From an uncultured Nitrospiraceae bacterium (lineage in GTDB: Bacteria; Nitrospirota; Thermodesulfovibrionia; Thermodesulfovibrionales; Dissulfurispiraceae), in contig CAVSHF010000003.1 of assembly GCA_963727805.1 (NCBI GenBank), forward strand, positions 224,001 to 288,000: 64,000 nt of DNA, read 5' to 3'. Each line of letters begins with the position of its first letter. Within the stretch, counting starts at the first letter, position 1. The notes beneath the pieces were generated by a model. The model was not told where the DNA came from and searched no databases. It worked only from the letters and a program-made list of their open reading frames with translations. The translations under genes were made by a program, and so were the position numbers. Shown piece after piece: positions 1 through 8,702 of the stretch.

Positions 1-440
1 GGGCCGGAAATAGTGATGGTCAAGGGACGATCACCGGACTCTTTACGGTCCTCGTTGAAAGCGACGATATGAACGATCCCATCGCCGATGCGGCCAGGGC
101 CATCCTTGACGGGCACATTATCCTTTCACGTGAGATGGCCAACCACAATCATTACCCGGCGATTGACGTGCTTCAGAGCATAAGCAGGCTGATGAAAGAT
201 ATTGTTGATGATGAACAAAAGCTCAATGTCGAAAAGGTGCTCGATGTCATGGCTACGTATAAGCGCTACGAAGATGTCATTACCATAGGAGCCTACAAGG
301 AAGGGACAAATCCGAAGCTCGATTTCGCCATCCGGATGATGGGGAAAATACGGCCCTTTCTGAAGCAAGATGTCTCCGAGAAAGTGACCTTCGACGAAGC
401 GATGAAGCAACTGCGTGATATCTTCAAGGAGGCCTCATGA
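1..440 (+). CDS. fliI: Flagellar export ATPase FliI, C-terminal part (5'-truncated by window)
   Basis: Frame is open from nt 3: GTITGLFTVLVESDDMNDPIADAARAILDGHIILSR..NHYPAIDVLQSISR, typical of FliI/T3SS ATPases; followed by fliJ. Confidence 0.95.
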   Translation, partial: AGNSDGQGTITGLFTVLVESDDMNDPIADAARAILDGHIILSREMANHNHYPAIDVLQSISRLMKDIVDDEQKLNVEKVLDVMATYKRYEDVITIGAYKEGTNPKLDFAIRMMGKIRPFLKQDVSEKVTFDEAMKQLRDIFKEAS

Positions 441-877
441 AGACCCCGCTTGAAAACCTGCTTTCGCTGAAACGGTGGGAAGAGGATGAGGCTAAGAACC
501 TGGTTGCATGGGCGAAGAAAGACCTCGATATAGAGGAAAAACGTCTTGCCGGACTTGAGGAGAATTTCAGCATCCTTCGCAAAAAAATGCAGTATCCTGA
601 AAAGGATGCAGTTACTATCGACGAGATAAAGAAGATGAACGAGCATATGGAGCACTTATTTGGTCTTCTCCAGCGTCAGAAAGAGACTATTGTTGCGAGC
701 GAAAAGAGACTCGATGAGGCAATGAACATCCTCGCTGAGGCCGCCAAGGATCGTAAAACCTATGAAACAGTCGATGAAAGACATAAAGAAGCCGAAAGAC
801 ATGAACTGACAAAAAAGGAGCAGAAAGGGATGGATGAACATGCTGTCATGAGGTACAAAAAGCACTATGGCCAATAA
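437..877 (+). CDS. fliJ: Flagellar export protein FliJ
   Basis: 146 aa coiled coil overlapping the fliI stop; C-terminal EQKGMDE resembles the FliJ EQK.MDE motif. Confidence 0.85.
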   Translation: MKTPLENLLSLKRWEEDEAKNLVAWAKKDLDIEEKRLAGLEENFSILRKKMQYPEKDAVTIDEIKKMNEHMEHLFGLLQRQKETIVASEKRLDEAMNILAEAAKDRKTYETVDERHKEAERHELTKKEQKGMDEHAVMRYKKHYGQ

Positions 878-1325
878 AGTCAACAGCAGGTTTATATTGA
901 GAGCGTCTGTTGCCATTCTCATACTTTCGCTTTCCTTTTCCCCGGTTCTCTCCACATCTGCCCAGGAAAAGAAACAGGAACTGAAAGGCACACCTACCGC
1001 TTCCTCAATAGAAGAGGAGAGACTCAAGATACTCAAGGCCGACCTGCAAGCTCAAATCGATCAACTTAAAAAATTGAAGCAGGAATATGAAGAGATGCGC
1101 AAGGGACTTGAAGGTAAGAAGCATGAGCAGATCACGAAAGTAGTAAAAATGTTTGAGGCCATGCCGCCCGAAGAAGCTGCGAAAACAATCGAAAAGCTCG
1201 ATGACGACACGGCAGTCCAGATCCTAACCTCCCTCAAGGCAAAGTCTGCGGGTAAAGTTCTTGCTCAGATTGAACCGGCCAGGGCGGCTGTCCTTTCAAA
1301 AAAGGCCCTCCTCAAAGCCAAATAG
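867..1325 (+). CDS. MotE/FlbB-like periplasmic flagellar protein (MgtE N-terminal-like domain)
   Basis: Signal peptide, coiled coil, then VKMFEAMPPEEAAKTIEKLDDDTAVQIL..KSAGKVLAQI; usual position after fliJ. Confidence 0.75.
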   Translation: MANKVNSRFILRASVAILILSLSFSPVLSTSAQEKKQELKGTPTASSIEEERLKILKADLQAQIDQLKKLKQEYEEMRKGLEGKKHEQITKVVKMFEAMPPEEAAKTIEKLDDDTAVQILTSLKAKSAGKVLAQIEPARAAVLSKKALLKAK

Positions 1326-1332
1326 TCCTTTA

Positions 1333-1365
1333 GGAAAATACTTCCCATCACAGGAAAATAATTCC
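1333..1365. promoter_or_regulatory. Paired 13-bp imperfect palindromes, candidate enhancer for a sigma54 activator
   Basis: GGAAAATACTTCC and GGAAAATAATTCC, 20 bp apart, upstream of the fliK sigma54 promoter; a similar pair lies at 23424-23455. Confidence 0.55.
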
Positions 1366-1399
1366 CTGTTCCCTCCAGCGACTTATGCAGTTTATTAAA

Positions 1400-1520
1400 G
1401 ACGGCCCGAATACCAGTGGCTTCTAAGCCTGGGGATGAATGGGCGTCAGTAGCATAGTCCGTTCTTATGGATGGAGCGATTCTCCCTAGAAGCCACGGAC
1501 TCTAGTCCATGGAGCCTCAT
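1400..1520. mobile_element. Small palindromic element resembling fused IS200/IS605 ends (non-autonomous)
   Basis: Left hairpin CCAGTGGCTTCTAAGCCTGGGGATGAAT; right hairpin GAAGCCACGGACTCTAGTCCATGGAGCCTCAT; perfect 10-bp inverted repeat GTGGCTTCTA/TAGAAGCCAC; no ORF. Confidence 0.45.
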
Positions 1521-1566
1521 TAACAAATACCTCAAATAGAGGGTATCTGACTTCTGAGTTTCTTCA

Positions 1567-1582
1567 TGGCACAACTATTGCT
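1567..1582 (+). promoter_or_regulatory. sigma54 (-24/-12) promoter of fliK-flgD-flgE
   Basis: TGGCAC-AACTA-TTGCT, a full consensus match. Confidence 0.9.
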
Positions 1583-1613
1583 CTTATCCCTCCATAACCC
1601 AAAGGAGGTCTAC

Positions 1614-2804
1614 ATGATTCCAGGTGTAATACCTGCATCACAGGTACCGGAAAGCCAGTCCACAGCTATGTCTTCGGGCGCCCCGGATAAAGGATTTATT
1701 TCGATTCTCAAATCTTCTGTTCAGAAATCCGGCAAGACGGAGAACGATGATAAGCCCACATGTTTGCAAGAGGCCGCCTCAAAGAATGCAACCCTTACCA
1801 ACAAGACCCTTGACTCAACAGATACGCCTGTTTCGCAGAACAAAGCCGAAGCACAGCAGTCACAGGACCCAGCGGAGGTCCTTCGTCAACTGATCATGCA
1901 GATGACCGTTATCGCCCAGCAGATGATTACGGCTCCAGTGATCAGAGATGCTTCCACCACGACAAGTGTCATGGCATCTGAAAGCGCACAGGTGATGCAA
2001 ACACCACAGGCTCTGCCACAGTTACTCGGAAATATTGCGGGAACGCCTGCAACTGAACAGGAGGCAAATAATCCGGGAATCTTTTTGAAACCGCTTACTG
2101 AGAATATTCCCGATATTGCCGATGTTAAGGGCTTAATAATGAATGCAGCAAATAAGCCTCAGCAGGGCACCGCGGTCAATATGGTATTGGGAGAAGGTGA
2201 TTCTACAAAGGTGGAAACCGGGGCCGAGCTGAAAGCCTTCAATATGGGTGGAAAGGACGCGGCGGTCATATCCAAGGCATCGGAATCATTCGATGATAGT
2301 TTCTTACAATTGAAGATAGAGACAAGTGCAGGCCAGGCATCGGCAGACAGGAATTCGTCCCAGGATGCCTCAGGATTCTGCGCCCAGACTCTCCAGACCC
2401 AGCCGCCTTCCAATCATGGCGGATCTGCCTCACAAGAGGTTGTTCCCGTGAGCAAGTTGACATCGGTCGACGAAGTCATTTCAAAGGCAGTTGACGCTGG
2501 GCAAAAAAACCTAATTATCAGGATTGATCCTCCCGACCTCGGGAACGTTCAGATAAGGCTCAGCTTCGACAATGGGGTTCTGAAAGCTGATGTGAAGGTC
2601 GATTCCACTGCAGTGAAAGATTCGTTTAATCTTGCGTTGCCCCAGATCAAGACATCCCTTGAAAATTCGGGGATAAAGGTGAGTGAATTTAATGTGGACG
2701 TCAGGGAAGACCAATACAGCAATGGGCAAGGAAGTAATAACCAGGGACAGCAGCAAAGGCAGGGCAGGGGATTGAAGAACAGTTTCTCTGACTTCTTTGC
2801 ATAG
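1614..2804 (+). CDS. fliK: Flagellar hook-length control protein FliK
   Basis: Low-complexity N-terminus; C-terminal IRIDPPDLGNVQIRL..LPQIKTSLENSGI domain. Start moved to ATG 1614 (AAAGGAGG RBS) because the track start at 1566 lies inside the promoter. Confidence 0.9.
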   Translation: MIPGVIPASQVPESQSTAMSSGAPDKGFISILKSSVQKSGKTENDDKPTCLQEAASKNATLTNKTLDSTDTPVSQNKAEAQQSQDPAEVLRQLIMQMTVIAQQMITAPVIRDASTTTSVMASESAQVMQTPQALPQLLGNIAGTPATEQEANNPGIFLKPLTENIPDIADVKGLIMNAANKPQQGTAVNMVLGEGDSTKVETGAELKAFNMGGKDAAVISKASESFDDSFLQLKIETSAGQASADRNSSQDASGFCAQTLQTQPPSNHGGSASQEVVPVSKLTSVDEVISKAVDAGQKNLIIRIDPPDLGNVQIRLSFDNGVLKADVKVDSTAVKDSFNLALPQIKTSLENSGIKVSEFNVDVREDQYSNGQGSNNQGQQQRQGRGLKNSFSDFFA

Positions 2805-2820
2805 ACAGGAGGTAGAAAGT

Positions 2821-3300
2821 ATGAGCATTTTAGCCATCGGCAACGCAGCTTTGAGCTCCCTTTACGCGGCGAGCAACCAGGCCAGTACCAGTGGCAGTAA
2901 CAGTACCAGTGGCAGTACCAGTACCAGTAGCAGTACCAGTAGCAGTACCAGTGGCACCGGCGGGTTGGGGGAGAGCGATTTTCTCAGTCTGCTTGTCGCA
3001 CAGCTAAAAAACCAGGATCCTCTTAACCCGATGAGTGACACGGACTTCATAGCCCAGCTGGCTAATTTCAGCAGTCTACAGCAGATGACCAGTGTCAATA
3101 CAAACGTAAGCAGTTTACTGCAGCAGCAAGGTATTTCCAACGCTACTGCTATGCTCGGCAAGCAGGTGCAGACATCGGACGGCAAGAGCGGTATTGTGAC
3201 CCAGGTAAGTATGGATAGCGGGCAGGCTTCAATTTATGTGGGCACCAACAAGTATTCGTTAAGCGACATCACATCTATCCAAAATGCAACAACAGCATGA
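2821..3300 (+). CDS. flgD: Flagellar hook capping protein FlgD (short form)
   Basis: FLSLLVAQLKNQDPLNPMSDTDFIAQLANFS motif; GGAGG RBS before ATG 2821. Confidence 0.95.
   Translation: MSILAIGNAALSSLYAASNQASTSGSNSTSGSTSTSSSTSSSTSGTGGLGESDFLSLLVAQLKNQDPLNPMSDTDFIAQLANFSSLQQMTSVNTNVSSLLQQQGISNATAMLGKQVQTSDGKSGIVTQVSMDSGQASIYVGTNKYSLSDITSIQNATTA
2883..2954 (+). repeat. Tandem hexamer repeat (CAGTRN)x12 inside flgD
   Basis: cagtac/cagtgg/cagtaa/cagtag units encoding a Ser/Thr/Gly linker. Confidence 0.9.
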
Positions 3301-3318
3301 AAAGGAGGTAAAAATATC

Positions 3319-4569
3319 ATGTCTATAGGATCGGCACTTTTCACCGGTGTAAGCGGGCTTAATGCAATGGGGCAGGAGCTATCCGTAATCGGCAATAATA
3401 TCGCCAACGTCAATACGGTCGGATATAAGGGGAGTTCGATGAACTTCGGCGACATCCTGAGCCAGACCCTTACGGGACTGTCAGGCACATCTCAGATAGG
3501 CCGAGGGGTTGCGGTGAACGGGGTAACGCCCGATTTCTCGCAAGGGACCTTTCAGACAACTTCTAACAGTCTTGACCTTGCTATTGACGGAGATGGTTTC
3601 TTTATGGTCAACAACAGCGGGGCGACTGAATTCACGAGAGCGGGCAATTTCCAGCTGGACAAGAACGGCAATGTCACGACTCCGTCCGGAGCAATACTTC
3701 AAGGTTATCTGGCTAACGCCACAGGGACTGTGACCGGGCAGATAGGGAATCTCCAGATTCTCGCGACGCAGAGCCCGGCGTTGCCTTCCGCTAATGGCTC
3801 CGTCGTGGTCAACCTTAACGCCGGCGATAGCCCCCCAACGGCTCCTTGGGTTGATCCCACCGGAGGCACTACAGCGCCGGCAGCCACTACATATAATTAC
3901 TCAACATCTGATACAGTATACGATTCGCTAGGAGCTGCGCATCAGGTGAATATTTATTTCGCAAATACGGCACCTGGGGCATGGACGGCGAATTACGTCT
4001 ATCAGGATAACACCGGTACATTCCAGCAGGCTGGAACCCAGGCCATGACGTTTGGGCCGACGGGGACGCTCGCCACCGGACCAACTAGCACTCAGGCTTT
4101 TAACTGGGGCAACGGCTCGAATCCTGGATCCATAAAATTCGATCTCACAGGAACAACCCAATACGGCTCGGCTTTTTCGATTACCAGTATCGGTCAGGAC
4201 GGGTACGCATCCGGGACAATGAGTAATCTCACCATTGATCAGACAGGAGTAGTTACCGGCACATTTACTAACGGGCAGACCAGAACCCTTGCTCAGGTTT
4301 GCTTAGCAAAATTCGAAGCCCCCACTGAATTAACAAGCATGGGTGACAATATGTACGCCCAGTCCAGCAGTTCCGGACAGCCAATCGTTGGAGCACCGCA
4401 GACATCGGGATTGGGCAGAACATTGTCGAGCAGCTTGGAGATGAGCAACGTAGACCTCGCCACTGAGTTTACGAACCTGATTTCAGCTCAGAGGGGTTTC
4501 CAGGCCAATACGAAAATCATCACGACGACAGATGAACTGCTGAACGACCTCATCTCGATCAAACAGTAA
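3319..4569 (+). CDS. flgE: Flagellar hook protein FlgE
   Basis: GNNIANVNTVGYK, DLAIDGDGFF, TRAGNF, YDSLG, LEMSNVDLATEF..QRGFQAN. Confidence 0.97.
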   Translation: MSIGSALFTGVSGLNAMGQELSVIGNNIANVNTVGYKGSSMNFGDILSQTLTGLSGTSQIGRGVAVNGVTPDFSQGTFQTTSNSLDLAIDGDGFFMVNNSGATEFTRAGNFQLDKNGNVTTPSGAILQGYLANATGTVTGQIGNLQILATQSPALPSANGSVVVNLNAGDSPPTAPWVDPTGGTTAPAATTYNYSTSDTVYDSLGAAHQVNIYFANTAPGAWTANYVYQDNTGTFQQAGTQAMTFGPTGTLATGPTSTQAFNWGNGSNPGSIKFDLTGTTQYGSAFSITSIGQDGYASGTMSNLTIDQTGVVTGTFTNGQTRTLAQVCLAKFEAPTELTSMGDNMYAQSSSSGQPIVGAPQTSGLGRTLSSSLEMSNVDLATEFTNLISAQRGFQANTKIITTTDELLNDLISIKQ

Positions 4570-4586
4570 AGTAAGAGTTATTTGTT

Positions 4587-4630
4587 TGACGGTTGGGTGG
4601 GATTATAGCCCGCTCAACCGTCATCTTCTT
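4587..4630 (+). terminator. Probable intrinsic terminator after flgE
   Basis: 15-bp stem TGACGGTTGGGTGGG/CCCGCTCAACCGTCA followed by TCTTCTT. Confidence 0.7.
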
Positions 4631-4674
4631 GACCCCATCCTGATAAAATCATAATAAATCAATTAGATATACAC

Positions 4675-4690
4675 TGGCACAATCCGTGCT
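4675..4690 (+). promoter_or_regulatory. sigma54 promoter of the fliL-fliA operon
   Basis: TGGCAC-AATCC-GTGCT (GG-N10-GC). Confidence 0.8.
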
Positions 4691-4752
4691 AAAATGCTGT
4701 CATACATCCCTATACGTATGTCTTGAAAACATTCCGGCTTGAGGAGGATTGT

Positions 4753-5241
4753 ATGGCAGATAAAGAACCTGATGAGGAGCAAGAGCCCTCTGAAGAAACC
4801 GGCGCGAAAAAAGGCAAGAAAAAGATGATGATGATCATCATCATCGCGGCGGTGGCTGTAGCCCTAGCGGCCGGCGGCTTCTTCCTGGTGCCGAAGTTTC
4901 TCGGAGGTAAGGAAAAGAAAGAGGACACAAAGACCGAAGAAGGAGCAATGTTTACCCTCGATCCTTTTGTCGTAAATCTTAATGACCCGGGAGGACCTAA
5001 ATTCCTCAAGGTCTCACTGCAACTGGAGCTTGCCGGGCCTGCTTTAATGGAAAAAGCGAAACAGAAGTCTCCGCAATTGAGGGATGCAGTTATTACCCTT
5101 CTTACGAGTAAATCATCAGAGTCGCTCTTCCCGCCTGAGGGAAAGCTCCAGCTCAAAGACGAGATCAATGCACGTATGAACCAAATACTGGGGGCCAATT
5201 CGGTCAAGAACGTCTATCTCACCGATTTTGTCATGCAGTAG
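4753..5241 (+). CDS. fliL: Flagellar basal body-associated protein FliL
   Basis: Single TM helix, LDPFVVNL, LRDAVITLL, VYLTDFVMQ; GAGGAGG RBS before ATG 4753. Confidence 0.95.
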   Translation: MADKEPDEEQEPSEETGAKKGKKKMMMIIIIAAVAVALAAGGFFLVPKFLGGKEKKEDTKTEEGAMFTLDPFVVNLNDPGGPKFLKVSLQLELAGPALMEKAKQKSPQLRDAVITLLTSKSSESLFPPEGKLQLKDEINARMNQILGANSVKNVYLTDFVMQ

Positions 5242-5252
5242 GGAGAAAAGGA

Positions 5253-6215
5253 ATGGATGAAATCCTCTCTCAGGAAGAAGTCGATGCCTTGCTCAAGGGC
5301 ATACAAGAAGGGGAGGTCGAGACCGAAAAGGGTATCGAACCTGCTGGCGTAAAGTCTTACGATTTCACAGGACAGGAAAAGATCGTCAGGGGCAGGATGC
5401 CGTCGCTCGACATCGCCAATGAGAGGCTTGCGAGGAATTTCAGACTTTCGCTCTCCGCTGCAATTCGGAGGATGGTGGACATCACCAACGTCAATGTGAC
5501 GATCACTAAATTCTACGATTTCATGCGCGGCGTTCCATTTCCGTCGAGCATTAATATCTTCAAGATGGAGCCGCTTCGGGGCTTCGGCCTCCTTGTTTTC
5601 GACGCCCAGATGATCTTCAGCCTCATCGAATTCTTTTTCGGGGGTACGGGGAAGAGCTATTACAAACCGGAAGGTCGTGAGTTCACCCCCATTGAGCAGA
5701 AGATCATCCACAAGGTAGTTATGATATTTTTCGATGATATGGAGGAGGCTTGGAGGGCCATCTATCCGATGAAGCCTGTCTACGTGCGCGCTGAGATGAA
5801 CCCCCAGTTCGTGAATATCGTCACTCCGGTCGATGTTGTAATAAAGGTCGAGTTTGTCCTTGAAGTGGAAGGGAAGCAGTGCAAGGCATTCCTTTGTATC
5901 CCTTACGGGACTGTCGAGCCTATCAAAGAGAAGCTCTACAGCGCCTTCTCGGCCGACCGTGATGAGCTCGATATGAAATGGCTGGACAGATTGAAAGAAA
6001 GGCTTAAGGAAATTCCCGTAGTCGTCTCCGGAGTACTTGGCAAGGTGATGCTCGATGTGAATAGAGTAGTTGATTTGAAGGTTAATGATCTAATTGTTCT
6101 AGACCGCCGGGTCGATGATGATATCGATATCCTGGTCGAAGGGTACCCGAAATTCAAGGGTACATTTGGTATTTTCCGGGGTTCTTACGGGTTAAAAGTG
6201 AACAGGGATCTGTAA
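5253..6215 (+). CDS. fliM: Flagellar motor switch protein FliM
   Basis: N-terminal ILSQEEVDALL CheY-binding motif, FFGG, REFTPIE. Confidence 0.97.
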   Translation: MDEILSQEEVDALLKGIQEGEVETEKGIEPAGVKSYDFTGQEKIVRGRMPSLDIANERLARNFRLSLSAAIRRMVDITNVNVTITKFYDFMRGVPFPSSINIFKMEPLRGFGLLVFDAQMIFSLIEFFFGGTGKSYYKPEGREFTPIEQKIIHKVVMIFFDDMEEAWRAIYPMKPVYVRAEMNPQFVNIVTPVDVVIKVEFVLEVEGKQCKAFLCIPYGTVEPIKEKLYSAFSADRDELDMKWLDRLKERLKEIPVVVSGVLGKVMLDVNRVVDLKVNDLIVLDRRVDDDIDILVEGYPKFKGTFGIFRGSYGLKVNRDL

Positions 6216-6255
6216 CGTTTAAAGTTATCCGTATTGGAAGAAGAGGAGAGAGACA

Positions 6256-6585
6256 ATGGCAGACGAAGTGAAAGATCTGGAAATGCAGGAAATCGAGGAC
6301 CCGGGGAAGCAGGTCCAGGGAATGTCGAAGGACATCAATTTTATCCTGGACATCCCGCTAGAAGTGACTGTTGTCATCGGAAGGACCAAGATTCTTGTGC
6401 AGGAACTGCTCCAGCTCGGTCAAGGGTCAGTGGTCGCACTTGAGAAGCTTGCCGGAGAGCCCATGGAGGTCTACGTTAATGACCGACTTATCGGAAGAGG
6501 CGAGGTGGTCGTGGTGAATGAGCGGTTCGGCGTCAGGCTAACCGACATTATCAGCCCAGCGGAAAGGGTGAGGCAGCTCCGGTGA
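6256..6585 (+). CDS. fliN: Flagellar motor switch protein FliN
   Basis: ILDIPLEVTVVIG..LAGEPMEVYVN..GEVVVVNERFGVR. Confidence 0.97.
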   Translation: MADEVKDLEMQEIEDPGKQVQGMSKDINFILDIPLEVTVVIGRTKILVQELLQLGQGSVVALEKLAGEPMEVYVNDRLIGRGEVVVVNERFGVRLTDIISPAERVRQLR

Positions 6586-6630
6586 CCTGGAGAATTCAAA
6601 ATTCAATGAACATGGTAAGGGGGAAGTGAA

Positions 6631-7683
6631 GTGGGTTTCGAATTGATCAAAGCTGTCATGGCACTCCTGACACTCCTTGGAGGGCTGTATCTTCTCCTCA
6701 GATTTCTGCGAGGAAGGATCATGCCTAAAAAGGGGATCATCGAAATGGTCCACTATCAGCCTTTCGGTCCCAAAAAAGGTGTTGCGATAGTCAAGATTGT
6801 AAAAGACTATGTTGCCCTCGGCATTGCTGATGAGAATATTTCGCTCCTCGGAAAACTGAATCCCGCAGACGTGGAAGCATCCATGAAGCTGATGGAAGAT
6901 AAACCCGCAGCTGCCCCCTTTGACATCAGGGGACTTTTTGGCGGAAAACTAAAGCGGTTTTTCCCGGTCATCGTGGCAGCAGTTTTAATACTGCCATCTA
7001 TGACGTTTGCTCAGACGCCCTCTGCTGCGGCCCCTGCTGTATCTCCGGGCTTCTTTGGGCTTACCACACCTATCGAACTTCTCTTTTTTTTGACGATCAT
7101 CGCTTTCTTGCCGGCAATCCTCGTCATGACGACCTGTTTCACGAGGATCGTCATAGTACTCTCTTTTTTGAGGCAGGCACTCGGAACGCCGCAGGTGCCC
7201 CCTACCCAGGTAATTATCGGTCTATCTCTATTCATTACCTTTTTTGTCATGTCTCCTGTTTTTGATACTATTTATACGAATGCGTATATTCCTTATACAA
7301 AGAAAGAGATCAAGTCTGACGAGGCCCTTGCGAAGGCTTCCGATCCGTTGAAAGAATTCATGCTCAAGCAGACGAGGGAAAAGGACCTCGCACTCTTCCT
7401 GAAGATGTCCAAGGCCGAGAGACCTGCCAAGCCTATGGATTTGCCCATGAGGGTAGTAGTCCCCGCTTTTTCGATTGGAGAGCTGAAGCGTGCTTTCGAA
7501 ATAGGATTTCTTATTTATTTGCCCTTTCTGGTCATCGATATGGTTGTTGCCAGCGTGTTGCTCTCGATGGGCATGATGATGCTACCGCCGGTAATGGTAT
7601 CAATGCCCTTCAAGATCCTTCTGTTTGTGCTCGTTGACGGATGGGGACTTCTTATAGGATCGCTAATAGAGGGTTTCCGATGA
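6631..7683 (+). CDS. fliP: Fused FliO-FliP export gate protein
   Basis: aa1-~90 are FliO-like (TM, GPKKGVAIVKI..LGIADENISLL); the rest is FliP (TCFTRIVIVLSFLRQALG, PFLVIDMVVAS, PFKILLFVLVDGW); no stop between. Confidence 0.9.
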   Translation: MGFELIKAVMALLTLLGGLYLLLRFLRGRIMPKKGIIEMVHYQPFGPKKGVAIVKIVKDYVALGIADENISLLGKLNPADVEASMKLMEDKPAAAPFDIRGLFGGKLKRFFPVIVAAVLILPSMTFAQTPSAAAPAVSPGFFGLTTPIELLFFLTIIAFLPAILVMTTCFTRIVIVLSFLRQALGTPQVPPTQVIIGLSLFITFFVMSPVFDTIYTNAYIPYTKKEIKSDEALAKASDPLKEFMLKQTREKDLALFLKMSKAERPAKPMDLPMRVVVPAFSIGELKRAFEIGFLIYLPFLVIDMVVASVLLSMGMMMLPPVMVSMPFKILLFVLVDGWGLLIGSLIEGFR

Positions 7684-7949
7684 CGACGGAACTGCTCAAC
7701 CAGATGTCGCGGCAGACGTTTGAGACGGTGCTTCTCGTAGGGGGACCGGTGCTCGTGGTAAGTCTGGTCGTAGGAGTTCTGATCAGCATCTTCCAGGCAA
7801 TTACGCAACTGCAGGAAGTGACTCTTACGTTTGTCCCCAAGATCATCGCGGTATTCCTGACGCTGCTCCTGACGTTGCCGTGGACGGTAAAGGTCCTTGT
7901 CGGCTTTACCAGAGGCATTTATGAAAATATACCGCTCTATGTCAAATAG
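7680..7949 (+). CDS. fliQ: Flagellar export protein FliQ
   Basis: ISIFQAITQLQEVTLTFVPKI; ATG 7680 overlaps the fliP stop. Confidence 0.95.
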   Translation: MTTELLNQMSRQTFETVLLVGGPVLVVSLVVGVLISIFQAITQLQEVTLTFVPKIIAVFLTLLLTLPWTVKVLVGFTRGIYENIPLYVK

Positions 7950-7963
7950 TCATGTGAAATGAT

Positions 7964-8701
7964 ATGGAATTCTACAACTTAATAACTATATATGCCGACA
8001 AGTTCATTCCGATCTTCATCAGGGTGATGGTGATGATTGCCTTCATCCCTTTTATCGGGACAACGACGACTCCGGTAATCGTGCGAACAGGACTCGGACT
8101 TGCCCTTACCCTGCTTCTCGCGCCGATCGTCAATGTGAACCTCGATAATCCACTGAAGGCAGTATTCGAGGCCTTTTTCATAGGTTCGGCACTGGGCCTG
8201 ATGGTGAGGATTGTCCTTGGGGCGATAGAGACGGCCGGACAGTGGATGAGCATTTCAATGGGAATCGGCGTGGCCTCTGTCTTCAACCCGCAATTCGGGG
8301 AAGTCCTCGGCCCGCTAAGCCTTTTTTACAGCCTTATGGGCATGGGACTCTTTTTCATCCTCGATATTCATCATTTTTTCATAGAGGCGATAGTGCTCAG
8401 TTTTGACGTCACGTCGGTAAATTATCCGGGCATATTCGCCGCGGTGCTGAAGCTGAATGCCCTCTTCTTCCCTCTCGCGTTCAAGATCGCTGCCCCTATC
8501 TTTCTTGTACAGGTTCTCGTTAATCTGTCAATGGGATTCCTTTCGAGGGCGATGCCGCAGGCAAATATATTCTTTGTTAGTTTTCCGCTCCTTATCGGCG
8601 TTGGCATCATTTTCATGGCGCTTACACTGGGGCTTACGTTCATGGTGATGGCCAAATCTTTTATACACGTTAAAGATGCGATGATGATACTGGTGCGATA
8701 A
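7964..8701 (+). CDS. fliR: Flagellar export protein FliR
   Basis: Polytopic membrane protein, GFLSRAMPQANIFFVSFP; sits between fliQ and flhB. Confidence 0.95.
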   Translation: MEFYNLITIYADKFIPIFIRVMVMIAFIPFIGTTTTPVIVRTGLGLALTLLLAPIVNVNLDNPLKAVFEAFFIGSALGLMVRIVLGAIETAGQWMSISMGIGVASVFNPQFGEVLGPLSLFYSLMGMGLFFILDIHHFFIEAIVLSFDVTSVNYPGIFAAVLKLNALFFPLAFKIAAPIFLVQVLVNLSMGFLSRAMPQANIFFVSFPLLIGVGIIFMALTLGLTFMVMAKSFIHVKDAMMILVR

Positions 8702-8702
8702 C

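Noticed and set aside
1566..1613. Longer FliK start given by the ORF track
   Set aside because: The ATG lies inside the sigma54 -24 box; a strong RBS precedes ATG 1614
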